Below, in pieces: positions 51,694-62,160 of a DNA stretch of 64,000 nt. This DNA comes from an uncultured archaeon (lineage in GTDB: Archaea > Thermoproteota > Nitrososphaeria > Nitrososphaerales > Gagatemarchaeaceae): assembly GCA_963799775.1 (NCBI GenBank), contig CAWCYD010000003.1:416001-480000 (forward strand). The letters are read 5' to 3'. Under the pieces are notes generated by a model. The model was given only the letters and a program-made list of their open reading frames with translations, made no database searches and was not told where the DNA came from. The number at the start of each line of letters is the position of its first letter. Position 1 is the first letter of the stretch. Made by a program: the position numbers and the translations under genes.

Positions 51694-52055
51694 AGGTAGA
51701 ACGGCCCCCCTCGCTATAGGTGGCGAGGGGGTGAAAAAATCGACCTGCCAATACCGATATGGGCTCTCTTGATCGGCATAGTCCTTCTCGTTCTCGCGGC
51801 AGTGGCTGCCCCGGTGCTGTCGTTCGGGGTGATCGCTGTCCTCGTAGTGCTTGGAATACTGTGCCTGATCGTCGGAGTGCTCACAGCTCTTAGCTAGCCT
51901 GAGGAGAGGATGCCCTCTCCTCCTTAGGCATGGAAGGTCGGGGCAAAAACAGTTCTCCAGGCTATAGGGAAAGCACGCGTTGGGCCAAAAACGGAGCCCT
52001 TTGTCCATGATTCCAGACTCGTTGCATTATCTCTGAACTCAATACTTGGAAGGCC

Positions 52056-52310
52056 GTGAAGTTGAACAGAAGGCTAGTCCTGATCGTGGTTAGTGTCGCA
52101 GTAGCTTCCGCTCTAGCCACTAGTCTCTGGTACTCGCACGGCGGACCCTCAGACTTGACGACGAGTGTTACGGTACACGCATCGGGCTCTCCGGGGTGCA
52201 TTACGGAGGCTGCAGGAAACTACGGATCGGTCGAGTCATGTACTTTCTCCGACGGGCGTACTATCGATTGCGTGACCGCAGGGCAAGCCTTGAGCTGTTT
52301 TGGGGCATAG
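52056..52310 (+). CDS. small secreted or anchored Cys-containing protein
   Basis: Signal-like N terminus, four Cys; stop codon lies inside the 24-bp repeat. Confidence 0.6.
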   Translation: MKLNRRLVLIVVSVAVASALATSLWYSHGGPSDLTTSVTVHASGSPGCITEAAGNYGSVESCTFSDGRTIDCVTAGQALSCFGA

Positions 52311-52327
52311 GGCCTAATTCGCCCATT
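52304..52327 (+). repeat. 24-bp direct repeat, copy 2
   Basis: Identical to 51098-51121. Confidence 0.9.
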
Positions 52328-52343
52328 TCCTCCATCCCGCGGC

Positions 52344-52556
52344 TCAATCTTCGTCATCGTCGGTGTCAGGATCCATGCCTCGCTCGACCGCGCAGGCATG
52401 GCAGTAGGCCCGCTCGTCGACTCCGCTCACCAAGTCCCTGCGGCCTTGATGATAGGCACCCACTTTTGGAATCGTCTTTCCGCAGCCCGCGCACGAGGTG
52501 TAGGCGCTCATAGGCGGGTCGGGCATCGAGCTACTGTAAGTCTCTTTCCCGGTCAT
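52344..52556 (-). CDS. small zinc-finger protein
   Basis: CAGC...YCHAC with an acidic tail. Confidence 0.6.
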   Translation of the reverse strand: MTGKETYSSSMPDPPMSAYTSCAGCGKTIPKVGAYHQGRRDLVSGVDERAYCHACAVERGMDPDTDDDED

Positions 52557-53003
52557 CTGGCCCGGCGTCTCGAGCTTCGGCCAGGCTCGAGGCTGCTCAC
52601 CCCTCAGGCTTCAACGCGAGCCAGAAGAGTCAGCGCGACTTTGACCTGCGACGGGACTTTGCTCGAGTCGAACGTCGGGCCTCGAATCCAAGGAGCTCCT
52701 CATGCGACTTGGCCCTCAGGGTGTGGTGCCGGAGGATCCCGTGCTCCTCCAGGCCTAGCAGCTGATCGTTGCTGGCCATCTCCGGCAGGGCGCCTGATAG
52801 AAAGCTCGACTCGCCATGAGATGAGGACTTGGACGGAGGCCTGGCGTGAGGGGATACATCGTCGAAGGCGTCCGGCGGCCCGTCGTCGAATGGAGAGGGC
52901 CTATGTCGTTTGTACTGAATCGGCTGGGAGTCGAAGAAGCTGAAGCTCATCAATGTTCAAAAGAAGGTCAGGTGCAAAAACGGTATCTTCTTTTTGAACG
53001 CTC

Positions 53004-54041
53004 AGGTGTGTCGAATAACTTCACGATCGGCTACTTTCGCGCATCGCTACTCCGCCCGCCTCTCGTCTAGGGGTTCGAGATCCCGACGAACAGGTTGTAG
53101 ACCTGTGCCTTCAGCAGGAGCTCGTTCACCATGTTCTCCCACTTCACCGAGGTTATGTGCTCCCCGAACGTACGCTTGAACGAGGATATCGCCGACTCGA
53201 CCCTCGCCCGCTGACCGTACCCGTGCCTCCTCTTCCACCGCTCCCTGTCCCTCAGCTGCTCCATCACGACGAGCTTCCTGGGCATGCACCCGAGAGAGTG
53301 CACAGAGGCGTCCTTTCGCACCTTGACCACGGGCTCTATCCCTTTCGAGTCCAGGTAGCTGAATATCTCCCTCGAGTCATACGCCCCGTCCGCTATCGCC
53401 CTCGTGACGCTCGCCTTCGACGACGCTCCCTCCACCAGAGGGACGAGCATCCTCCTGTCGTGCACGTCGTCCTTCGTCACCTCCATCGAGAGTATCTTCC
53501 CGGTCTTGACGTCCACGGCCAGGTGGACCTTGATGAAGCCTCGCTTCACCGCCCACATCTGCCTTATCCACTCCCCTCGGTTGGAGACCTTGATCCCGGT
53601 CGAGTCAACCGCTATGGTGACGTCTTCGTCTGGGTCTACGTTCGGGTCCAGCTCTATCTTTACTCGCGATATCCGCCACCACATCGTGGTGTAGTCTGGG
53701 ACCTTGAGCCCTTCCACGTGTCCCGCGAACATCCTGAGGAACCCCTCCAGCTCCCGGTACGGGAGCAGGTAGACGTGGATGGCTGCGAGCATACTCATTA
53801 ACGAGTCTGGATAGCGATATCTCGCTCCTTCCTTCTCCTCGTTGAGCTTCCCTAGTTCTGCGCTCCATCCAGATAAAAAATCGGTATCGAAGAGGAGCTC
53901 TCCCCTCCTCACCAGCGACTCGTTGTACTCCTTCCAGTTGCGCTTCTTCTTCGTGACCACGCCATCATGAGAGGATTCCCTCTCCTCTCATCCACCTGAG
54001 CGAGGGAACCTTGACCAAACGATTAGTTATTCGACACACCT
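53004..54041 (-). mobile_element. IS5-family insertion sequence
   Basis: Perfect TIR AGGTGTGTCGAATAACT (53004-53020 / 54025-54041); TSD GAACGCTC (52996-53003 / 54042-54049). Confidence 0.93.
53067..53960 (-). CDS. IS5-family transposase
   Basis: NWKEYNESLVRRG, PDYTT, VDSTGIK, KVHLAVD, ADGAYD, YGQRARVE..SSFKRTFG. Confidence 0.95.
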   Translation of the reverse strand: MVTKKKRNWKEYNESLVRRGELLFDTDFLSGWSAELGKLNEEKEGARYRYPDSLMSMLAAIHVYLLPYRELEGFLRMFAGHVEGLKVPDYTTMWWRISRVKIELDPNVDPDEDVTIAVDSTGIKVSNRGEWIRQMWAVKRGFIKVHLAVDVKTGKILSMEVTKDDVHDRRMLVPLVEGASSKASVTRAIADGAYDSREIFSYLDSKGIEPVVKVRKDASVHSLGCMPRKLVVMEQLRDRERWKRRHGYGQRARVESAISSFKRTFGEHITSVKWENMVNELLLKAQVYNLFVGISNP

Positions 54042-54087
54042 GAACGCTCGAAAAACTTAACTCTCAGAACGTTGGTTTCTGCCCAGG

Positions 54088-54465
54088 ATGGAAAGAGGAA
54101 CCAAGGCGGCCATTTCGGTGTTCGCCGTTCTGACGGTCGTAGGGTACCTCATCGACAGCAACCTCGTGCTGGATTTCTACTTCGCGACCATCTCAGGCTT
54201 CATCGCCTTCGGGGTAAAGCGAGCCACGGGTTGGAGTTTCACAAAGGCGTCGGCGGTGTGCCTCTTTGGGTCGATGCTCGTCCCATTCTTCGCGCTGCTG
54301 CTTTACTTCCAGTATGTGGCTGGTTTCCCTCCCGCCCAAACGGGCAGTCTTCTATCCGCCTACATGACTTTATTCGTGGTCGAGCGCTTCCCGTCGGTGC
54401 TTGTGGGTATCTTGGGGGGAGTTGTCTCCGACTCGACGCTCGCTGTCTTGGGTCTGTCGCCCTAG
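54088..54465 (+). CDS. orphan membrane protein
   Basis: Four hydrophobic segments. Confidence 0.6.
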   Translation: MERGTKAAISVFAVLTVVGYLIDSNLVLDFYFATISGFIAFGVKRATGWSFTKASAVCLFGSMLVPFFALLLYFQYVAGFPPAQTGSLLSAYMTLFVVERFPSVLVGILGGVVSDSTLAVLGLSP

Positions 54466-54633
54466 GTTTTTCGCGGCCTGAGATATCAGGATGTCTGGCA
54501 GTTGTTGTCCATGCTTGACGGAGGCCTATTTGATTAAAAGTCCGACCGACCCTCGCTCGCCGGCGAAACGCTGACCAAAATCAAGCGCCCGAGCAATGAG
54601 ACGATCCTGTTCGTCGTCTTAGAGTTCGCTGCC

Positions 54634-55329
54634 ATGTTGGCTTTCATAGAGGCAATCGTCTGGATCGCGCAGCAAGGTTCCTACGGAATCTTCCTCGGAG
54701 ACCTCAACGCGAGCCTCACCATTCCCCCTTTCCAGGCAGTCAACGCATCCGTTGCTCAGCAAACATACCTCTTGAAAGTGGCGGGGAACTTCGCCTCTCC
54801 TCCCACAATCCCGTCTCTGGTAGAAGTTGGACTCTTCACCGTCCTTTCGGCAATCATCGGAATCGGGTTCTCTTTTGAGAAAGACCAGATCGTGGACAGC
54901 CCCCATATCGCCGGAGGCCTGACGTTTCTCGGAAAGCAACTTCGGCCACTCTTCATATCGCTCGCGACGGCGACTTTTGCGGCCTCTCTCTTCTTCGCGA
55001 CTAGCGTCGCACGCGACCGGCAGGCAATTTTCTCCGGCATTCCGCTACTTCCTGCTTCCGTACCGACCGGCCAAAGTCTTGCAGAATCCGCGGTGATCAA
55101 CGCCATGTTGCAATATCGTGACGACAAGTTCTATCAGCTCGTCCTGCTGTTGGCCTTCGGGCTCATGGTCCTTTTCTTGTTCTGCTCGCTTGCCGCCGAC
55201 CGGCAAAGCGGTACCGCGCACCCGAAGGCCCCGTACTTCACGGCCACGTTGTTCCTGCTCTCCATGGCTGTCCTGGGGCTTATCCTTGTCGTCGTCCTGA
55301 TTCTCGCCCTCTTTCCTTTCACCGGCTAA
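54634..55329 (+). CDS. orphan multi-TM protein
   Basis: Several TM segments; start probably further upstream. Confidence 0.6.
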   Translation: MLAFIEAIVWIAQQGSYGIFLGDLNASLTIPPFQAVNASVAQQTYLLKVAGNFASPPTIPSLVEVGLFTVLSAIIGIGFSFEKDQIVDSPHIAGGLTFLGKQLRPLFISLATATFAASLFFATSVARDRQAIFSGIPLLPASVPTGQSLAESAVINAMLQYRDDKFYQLVLLLAFGLMVLFLFCSLAADRQSGTAHPKAPYFTATLFLLSMAVLGLILVVVLILALFPFTG

Positions 55330-55509
55330 AGCCGGTTTGATGGACAACCCGATACTTCATTCTCAATGTCCTTGGATCCATGACAGGATATTTCGAGACT
55401 AAAGCAGGGGGATGCTTTCGAGGTTGTCCGCGAAATTTTGGATTGAAGCCAATTTCCATTGAGCGTGGGGAGCGTGAGAATTGGGGGCAAGCATGGACAA
55501 ATATGAGGA

Positions 55510-56172
55510 ATGGACAACAAGGCTATGGACCTCAGCACGGAGAAAGAAATCGATTGGATCGTAGCTGATATGAAGACGAATTTGACTTTCGCGAAAGAGA
55601 ACCACGCCGCGAGAGAATGCTTCACACAAATTACGGAACTCATGAACGACCTGATTGACCATCTTGGGGAGATTCCCAAGGAGCCATCCGAGGTCGTCAA
55701 ATCTTGCAAGTCGATTTACCTCATGAACGTCCTGATGCCGGCCAGCTTCGGCATATACATGGACTTTCTTGCCGGAAACGTTCCCGTCTGCTTCATGCAG
55801 CTACGCATGATCATCGAGTCGATGGCTGAATATTTCGAAGCGGACCGCGTCGCAAGAGCGGATATCTTCTTCTATGAAAAATTGCAGTTCTCAGCCGAAA
55901 TGCAGAAGCGGAAAAGAGAGTCGCTTTCCAAGCTGATTGACGAAGTCGATGGCGAGGCAGCCAAGGTTTGGCACAAATGTTCTGATTGGATGCACTCCCA
56001 AGCTCTCGCAAAGAAATTCGTTGAACAGGTGGCCGAACGCGGCGTTCCAGCGTGGGGGCTCGTGATTCCAATGGAGTACACGGAAGTCGACGAGCAATCT
56101 TTGGTGGAACTGACACGCAATCTGAATCTGTTTAGGACTTCGTTCTCTCGAGTCCTAAAAGGCTGGAAATGA
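55510..56172 (+). CDS. helical protein, possibly HEPN-like
   Basis: QLRMIIE and KCSDWMH motifs; lower GC. Confidence 0.55.
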   Translation: MDNKAMDLSTEKEIDWIVADMKTNLTFAKENHAARECFTQITELMNDLIDHLGEIPKEPSEVVKSCKSIYLMNVLMPASFGIYMDFLAGNVPVCFMQLRMIIESMAEYFEADRVARADIFFYEKLQFSAEMQKRKRESLSKLIDEVDGEAAKVWHKCSDWMHSQALAKKFVEQVAERGVPAWGLVIPMEYTEVDEQSLVELTRNLNLFRTSFSRVLKGWK

Positions 56173-56272
56173 GTCATCAGGGTCGGTGGATTGAGCGTGC
56201 ACCGTGAAGAGGCCGATTCAAATCACGGACAACTGAGGAAATCTCATATATGAAAGGGCGACTGATTGAACC

Positions 56273-57364
56273 GTGCCGTTAGACCTCAACACGATGGGAG
56301 GGCACGAGTTCGAGGATCTCGTGGAGAACCTTCTGGTAAAGATGGGGTTCGCCACGGAAGGCAGAAAGCCATCAGCGGATGGAGGGATCGACATAGTCGC
56401 AGTATCCTCCCTTCCCTTGGTCTCAGGTCGGTACATCATTCAGTGCAAGAGGTATGGCCACTCGGTCTCCTCTCCGATAATCCGAGACCTCTACGGGGTT
56501 GTCAGCGCGGAACGTGCCAACAAGGGCATCCTGATAACGACTTCAGCGTTCACCTCAGACGCCATCGACTTCGCCCGAGACAAGCCGATCGAGCTCATAG
56601 ACGGCAATGGGCTCATCGGGCTGCTGGGTAAGTACGGTTTGCTTGGAGACGCTGGACCTAGTCAGCCTGGCGCCCCTATTGCTGCGGGAGTCCTGCGGGT
56701 CGAGATCGCGGGCCTTTCCGACAAGTTTCGGAAGGAACTCGTCGACCTAGAGGCGCAGTTGACTCTCAAACGAAGTACGTTCGGCGATCCGAATAGGACT
56801 CAGGCATACAAGAACTACGGTGAATGGACTCAGAAGATGCAGGTCAGGATCGACGACATGGTTCGCGCCATGAACATCGTCGTGAAGAGCGTAAACGAGT
56901 TCCAGGCCTCCCAATCCCCCGAACTTTCCGACGCCAAACGGATTCGAGGTCAGGCAATCGAGCTCTTCAGCGAAATGTGCTCGACCTACTCTGAGGTCCG
57001 AAAGATCATGCCGCCCCCCGCTTTCTCGCATCATCAGCAAGTCGTGGCCAAGATTGTTCGCGACTTCATGTCGGACTTCACGGATTTTATCGCGAGAACT
57101 GAGGAGTCTCTAGAAAAGGGGGGCGGAGCGGTGGAATTCAAGCTCGAATTTCGGGAACGGGACGAGATGGCCCAGGCCATCAAGGAAGGGCAACAGGGGT
57201 TTCATGAAGTCGGGATGAGGACCGCCAAGCACCATCGTATCCGTCACACTGGAGGCCTCTTCTCAGACAATCGTCAGTGGGTGTGCAGCTGCGGATTTCG
57301 GAGCCCCGACAGGGGTGCAGCGATGGACCACCTGAAGACCTACACCGGAAGAAGGCCGTTATAG
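56273..57364 (+). CDS. Mrr-like restriction endonuclease with helical C-terminal region and C2H-type Zn motif
   Basis: EFEDLVENLL..MGF, DGGIDI, IQCKRY, GILITTSAFT..A, IELIDG. Confidence 0.88.
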   Translation: MPLDLNTMGGHEFEDLVENLLVKMGFATEGRKPSADGGIDIVAVSSLPLVSGRYIIQCKRYGHSVSSPIIRDLYGVVSAERANKGILITTSAFTSDAIDFARDKPIELIDGNGLIGLLGKYGLLGDAGPSQPGAPIAAGVLRVEIAGLSDKFRKELVDLEAQLTLKRSTFGDPNRTQAYKNYGEWTQKMQVRIDDMVRAMNIVVKSVNEFQASQSPELSDAKRIRGQAIELFSEMCSTYSEVRKIMPPPAFSHHQQVVAKIVRDFMSDFTDFIARTEESLEKGGGAVEFKLEFRERDEMAQAIKEGQQGFHEVGMRTAKHHRIRHTGGLFSDNRQWVCSCGFRSPDRGAAMDHLKTYTGRRPL

Positions 57365-57396
57365 CAACGCACAGTCGACTAATTGTTTGCACGCGC

Positions 57397-58077
57397 CTAC
57401 TGCTTCTTGTAGACGTACTCCGGGACCCCAACCAGGAGCGTCATCAGGGCCGCGATTCCTCCGGTGCGGGTCCACCAGTCCGTTGAGAGCTCCATCGCGG
57501 AGGCGACATGAACAGGGTTAATCCCAGTCACGACCTTCGTGGTTCCGTTCGCGTATTGTGCGGTCATTACCGGAGCAGAGTCGCCTGAATTGGACCACTG
57601 GATCACTGTGGTGGTGGAGTTGAGAAATGTCATTGGAGAGATGTATGGGTTGCAGTAGATCGCCCCGTCCAAGCTGGGAGTCAGATTGACACCCCACCCG
57701 CCTCCTCCATTGATGAGATATTGGTCGGTGGGTGCCTGTCCTTGAGCACCGGGAAAGACTACGGAAACGGAATCAAGGCCCTTGGCAAGGCCAGGCGACA
57801 CGCAGCCATAAGAGACCATGTTCACAGGATCGTTCTGCTCGATGGTTGAGTTCGGAGTAAGCAAGATCTCCACTGTGATGTACTCTCGGCTGCTGGCGTT
57901 TCCCAGGTATTGGCCCGCTCCGCTTACCTGAGGGTAGTGGAGCGTTATCCAGATCGGTTGAGTCGGCTGAGGCGCGTGACTAAGGTACGGAATGGGGAAC
58001 ATCGCGATGTTCGCGAAGCCTACGACGAAGACCGCAACGTACCAGGCCACAAGCACAACGCGCGTCTTTGAGGGCAA
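57397..58077 (-). CDS. membrane-anchored surface protein
   Basis: TM segments at both ends, several NxS/T sequons. Confidence 0.6.
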   Translation of the reverse strand: MPSKTRVVLVAWYVAVFVVGFANIAMFPIPYLSHAPQPTQPIWITLHYPQVSGAGQYLGNASSREYITVEILLTPNSTIEQNDPVNMVSYGCVSPGLAKGLDSVSVVFPGAQGQAPTDQYLINGGGGWGVNLTPSLDGAIYCNPYISPMTFLNSTTTVIQWSNSGDSAPVMTAQYANGTTKVVTGINPVHVASAMELSTDWWTRTGGIAALMTLLVGVPEYVYKKQ

Positions 58078-58085
58078 CCTGGTGC

Positions 58086-58733
58086 CTAGGCTCTTCGAGG
58101 CCCGCGAACCACATGGACTAGCTGAGAGAAGATGCTCGTCGAGTAGTTGTAGGGTATCTCTTCGGGCGGGCCTGACACCGTAGTAGAAGAGTTGAGACCT
58201 AGCTTGATCTTGGCCAGCTTCATCCCGATCACCCAGAACGTGATGAGGAATAGCCCTTCGCCGATTGCGCCTCCTCCCACGGTTACGTCAAACCAGCTCC
58301 TCACCAAGGGCGACGCCGAGGAAAACGGAATCGAGTGGAAGGAGGGGACGAAGAGGTTCAGCATCATCAGCGGAGTGGCAACGAGAAAGCCTCCCTTCCA
58401 TGGCCTCAAGCGCTGGACACGGCTGCTCAGCACCAGCGACAGAAAGGCGGCGAACAGCCACACCATGAAGGGAGCCGGGCTGCCTGTTGCGAGCGCCACG
58501 TCGTCCGAGTAGATCCCTGGCAGATACCAGCCGAAGAGGAGGATGACGACCCCGAGCCAACTTCCAATGGCGACCAGGACAATCCGCCGCCTCGTCGTTA
58601 GGGAGATACGCGAAGCGAGCGACGACCCCTGCTTGTAGAGCCAGACGAGCACGTTCCAGAGGGCTATCGCTATCACTCCGTCCACGACTCCCTGCAGAAG
58701 CCCGGACATCCAGGTCTGCTTGATGCGCGCCAT
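58086..58733 (-). CDS. orphan multi-TM protein
   Basis: Five hydrophobic segments. Confidence 0.6.
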   Translation of the reverse strand: MARIKQTWMSGLLQGVVDGVIAIALWNVLVWLYKQGSSLASRISLTTRRRIVLVAIGSWLGVVILLFGWYLPGIYSDDVALATGSPAPFMVWLFAAFLSLVLSSRVQRLRPWKGGFLVATPLMMLNLFVPSFHSIPFSSASPLVRSWFDVTVGGGAIGEGLFLITFWVIGMKLAKIKLGLNSSTTVSGPPEEIPYNYSTSIFSQLVHVVRGPRRA

Positions 58734-58775
58734 TTTCGCAAAAATCAGAGGTGCCGTCCTATATTTAATCGATTT

Positions 58776-59345
58776 CTAGCGCGAATATCCGACGGTGAAA
58801 TGATGGCCGAGCCGATAGAGCAGATAGGCCTCGCCACCCGCGAAGCCAAGACAGACAGGCCCCAGAAATGTGAATACAGTGTAGATGAAGTTGGTCCAAA
58901 GGTTGAGGGCCTGAGTGTACGAGGCAGAAGTCGAATAGGGAACAGTGAACGTCGCGAACGTAGCGCTGAAGAGGAATAGGAAGAGGAATCCCCCGGTGAT
59001 CAAGAGACCAAGTGTCATGAGGACCCGCGTCTTCCAGATACTTTCGACACCATAGCGCCCGCTGCTGAGCGCGTAGTTCCAGACCCGGTAGCCCACGAGA
59101 GCGCCCAGGTAGAGGCTCAGCAACAGCGGAACGACCCAGACAAACTCCGGAATTGGGTATGATGCACCCGCGATGAATACCGCCGCGAAAGCCAGCGCCC
59201 ACAGCCCCGCAATAGCTCGAGCTCCCTTCAACCTGAACCTCCTGCGATAAGGCCCGGACCGAGGACGATTGCGGTCTCTGTCTCTCGACCAGTCTCTCGG
59301 ATCGTTCCTCCTCGGTTGCTCGACGGAAGGCCGCCTGCCGGCCAT
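58776..59345 (-). CDS. orphan 4-TM protein with basic N terminus
   Basis: Arg-rich leader followed by four TM segments. Confidence 0.6.
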   Translation of the reverse strand: MAGRRPSVEQPRRNDPRDWSRDRDRNRPRSGPYRRRFRLKGARAIAGLWALAFAAVFIAGASYPIPEFVWVVPLLLSLYLGALVGYRVWNYALSSGRYGVESIWKTRVLMTLGLLITGGFLFLFLFSATFATFTVPYSTSASYTQALNLWTNFIYTVFTFLGPVCLGFAGGEAYLLYRLGHHFTVGYSR

Positions 59346-59848
59346 GTAGTAAGATATCCCGAGACAAGCTCCGGCTAGGAGGCCCGAGAAGCGGTCCTCC
59401 CGACAGCGATAATCTTTGTTGAGTCTCGTAGTAGGCCCAGATCAACGAAGGGGGGAGAAGAAGGGCCTGCCATGGAGTCTGATTTCGCTTCCAAACGGCG
59501 GCGATTCCCACTATGAGGCCAATAGGATAGAGAATCAGGGTCAGAGTCAGGAACGAGTTTGTTGAGTTGAGGAATGACGAGACATTGACCGTGCCGTTGG
59601 TGTAATATCCCGAAATCAGATTCGTCCCACTTGCGAACCATCCGAGGAAGACAGCCAGGAACCCTAGAAGTACGCCCAGGATGGCAAGGTTCCGGGGAGC
59701 GTCCAAGGGGCATTCCTGGCGGTCCAAAATTATTAAACGTGACCGCCCCAATCCCGAACGAGTGTCGGGCGGCATTTTGGTTTCTGATGCGAGCGCGCTG
59801 GTCGGGACGCCTCCTCCTTGGTCGCGCGACGTCTCGCTCAAGCGCCGC

Positions 59849-60417
59849 GATGATCATAGGGCTAGCCGGATTTGCCCTGGTCGTCTCGATGCTGATGGGC
59901 ATTTTCGGGACTGCCCCTCCGGGACCAGGAGTCGTAATCTGGCCCGTGGTCTTCTATCTCGCCCTCTTCCGCTTCTCGACAGCTGGCGGCAGAAACTCCA
60001 TCCCGGGGGCGATGTTCGTGATCTCCTACGCCGTAACCATCTTCACCCTTGGTTCATGGACTCTGTTTCTGGCGAGTGACGCAAATCCGGTCGTAGTGAT
60101 TCCGGCCCTTGCCTTGAACGGAACCTTAGGCATCCTTTACGCCTTCGGCTCGTCGCCATTCATCCAAGAGTTCCTTCGTGCCTCCCACGCACCGAACCTC
60201 CTAGCTTTGCACGGACCTGGTCGTGGTTCCTCTGCTAGCCGCCTCGTTCCTCTCAGCGTGCATGAGGTTCTCCTCAGTCGTGAAAGCTGCCCTGCTCATG
60301 TCGCTCCCGATGATTGCGCTGCCCCTTGCGGTCTACGTCTTCGACCCCCAGGAGTTCAACGTACAGGCCGCCCAAATGCTAATCGGCCTGCAGCTGGGCT
60401 GGTTCACGAACAGGTGA
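59849..60417 (+). CDS. orphan multi-TM protein (probable frameshift near 60200)
   Basis: Hydrophobic ORF from MIIGLAGF continuing in the 60223-60417 frame. Confidence 0.45.
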
Positions 60418-60555
60418 CCTTCTCATCGGCTCGCTCCTCGTCTTTGGAGTCAGCAGCCTTGCCCTCCTGCTAAGGAGGAGAGCGCGATAAGGCACGAGCT
60501 CTGGCCTGAATCGAACCTGTGGCATTTTGCCCGTTCGACTAGTTTTACTCATTGC

Positions 60556-60954
60556 ATGCAAACCTTACTTCAAACAACAACAACCCAGCAACTCACCTCA
60601 GCAATCCAAGCTCGCACATTCGCCGCAATCCTGACAGCTCTCGCCCTGGCTGACGCAGTCCTGGGCACGAAGTTCGTCGACCTCTTCACCCACTCCCGAC
60701 CCGGAATTCAACTCGTAACGGGCGTGATAATTCTCGGCGTCATCGGGATAGTCGTCGTCATCGTCTACGTCGTCGTGGCATCCTTCGGGAACAACATCCC
60801 TGCCGGGACTCTTTCGGCCGGGCAGCAGAGCACCATGACAACCTTGGTCAACGCAGCTGGGAACTCACTATCCCTAGTTTCAGTACTCGAGATAGTAGTC
60901 GCTGCTGGCTTGATCATAGGAGGCATCTTTGCTTTCCTATCCTTCGCGCGCTAG
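60556..60954 (+). CDS. putative spindle-shaped virus major capsid protein
   Basis: About 50-aa leader ending SRPG, then two long hydrophobic helices joined by an N/S/T/G/Q-rich linker, basic C terminus. Confidence 0.65.
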   Translation: MQTLLQTTTTQQLTSAIQARTFAAILTALALADAVLGTKFVDLFTHSRPGIQLVTGVIILGVIGIVVVIVYVVVASFGNNIPAGTLSAGQQSTMTTLVNAAGNSLSLVSVLEIVVAAGLIIGGIFAFLSFAR

Positions 60955-61308
60955 TTCCGGACGCGAATCCCACACCCCTTGCACAGTCGGAGGCCGCTGG
61001 AGAGCGACCTCCTTCCCTTCGTTATCTGACAGATGGGCGCCCGAATCCCTATTCGCTCTTTTCCGTGGTGAAGCCTTGCGGAGTTAGGACGAGGGATCTC
61101 TACGTGGGGATGGAGCATGTTTGCGGAATCCTCTCAGTCACACCCTGCTCGGTTCACACATGCAAGAAGAGAGAGGCGTGGGGAGAATGTGGATTTGGGT
61201 GGATCGACAGCCTTGAGCGGAGCGAACACCTTGATTTCATGACGCTCGACTGGAAGCTAAGGATTGCCGAGAGGCTTGAGGCGAGGCGCCGTCCACTGTT
61301 TCCCTGAG

Positions 61309-61698
61309 TCACTCTTCCATGGCGGCCAGAAAGCGGGGAATGGCCTGGGCCTCGATGGAGTCCGCTTCGACTAGACGAAGGGTTCCTTCTTGGCGCTGAT
61401 AGACCACTTTGACCTCAGGCTGGTAGGCGTCGAACCTCGCGAACCAGAGAAAGGTGATGTGAAGTCGACCTTTCAAACACTCCTTAGCAGAGATCTCCGA
61501 GCCGTCCAACAAGTTCCGGAGCCAAACATACCCGTGACCGTTGAAAGAACCCCAGAACACATCAGGCAACGCCGTCGGGCCTTCATGACCTATCGCGGTT
61601 CGAAGTATGGTCTGAAAGAAAGCATCCGGCTCGAGTTGACTGAAGTCATGGACAATTACTTCCCGCCAAGTTTCGAATCTGACTGTTGTCGGCATCAA
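61309..61698 (-). CDS. hypothetical protein
   Basis: Last gene of a tightly packed minus-strand run. Confidence 0.6.
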   Translation of the reverse strand: MMPTTVRFETWREVIVHDFSQLEPDAFFQTILRTAIGHEGPTALPDVFWGSFNGHGYVWLRNLLDGSEISAKECLKGRLHITFLWFARFDAYQPEVKVVYQRQEGTLRLVEADSIEAQAIPRFLAAMEE

Positions 61699-61710
61699 CA
61701 GGAAAAAGGG

Positions 61711-61947
61711 CTATCGCTTCTCGGATTTGGAGGTGAGCCACCATTCGAGATAGTCTTGATTTCTGCGGTACCTAGCCTTGGACTCGTCCTCCGCGGAGCT
61801 CACCTCCGACGTCTTCTTTCTTCGCAGCGCTGAGACCTCCTCACCGGAAAGAAAGAGCGCGCAGCCATGGCAGGAGAACCTGCGTTGGATTTTGTCGAAG
61901 ACGAGCTCTCCGCCGCATTCGGGGCAGACTCCCGCCATTCGGCTCAC
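61711..61947 (-). CDS. small Zn-ribbon protein
   Basis: CPECGG...CHGC..., DYLEWWLTSK. Confidence 0.75.
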   Translation of the reverse strand: MSRMAGVCPECGGELVFDKIQRRFSCHGCALFLSGEEVSALRRKKTSEVSSAEDESKARYRRNQDYLEWWLTSKSEKR

Positions 61948-62157
61948 TCAAAATGCGGGGAGCGATATCGCTGGAGGTGCCGAGGCTGGACCTTTCTTTG
62001 GGAATGACCCTATCCTCTCGTCCTCTGCTTGATGGGCTCCCTTCGCGTCTTCAGCTACGTGTGGGCTCCGCCCTTCAGCCACCTGGGGCGAGTGAGCTCC
62101 TTCGAGGAAGCTAGCTAGGAAGTCTCTTTCCTTCTTGGTCTTGGCCACGAGTCTCAC
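61948..62157 (-). CDS. small protein with SP(Q/H)VAE tandem repeat
   Basis: Abuts its neighbours with 0-3 bp gaps. Confidence 0.5.
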   Translation of the reverse strand: MRLVAKTKKERDFLASFLEGAHSPQVAEGRSPHVAEDAKGAHQAEDERIGSFPKKGPASAPPAISLPAF

Positions 62158-62160
62158 TGA

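Noticed and set aside
53004-54041. IS5 as a novel element
   Set aside because: Ordinary single-gene IS with standard TIRs and TSD; listed as a feature only.
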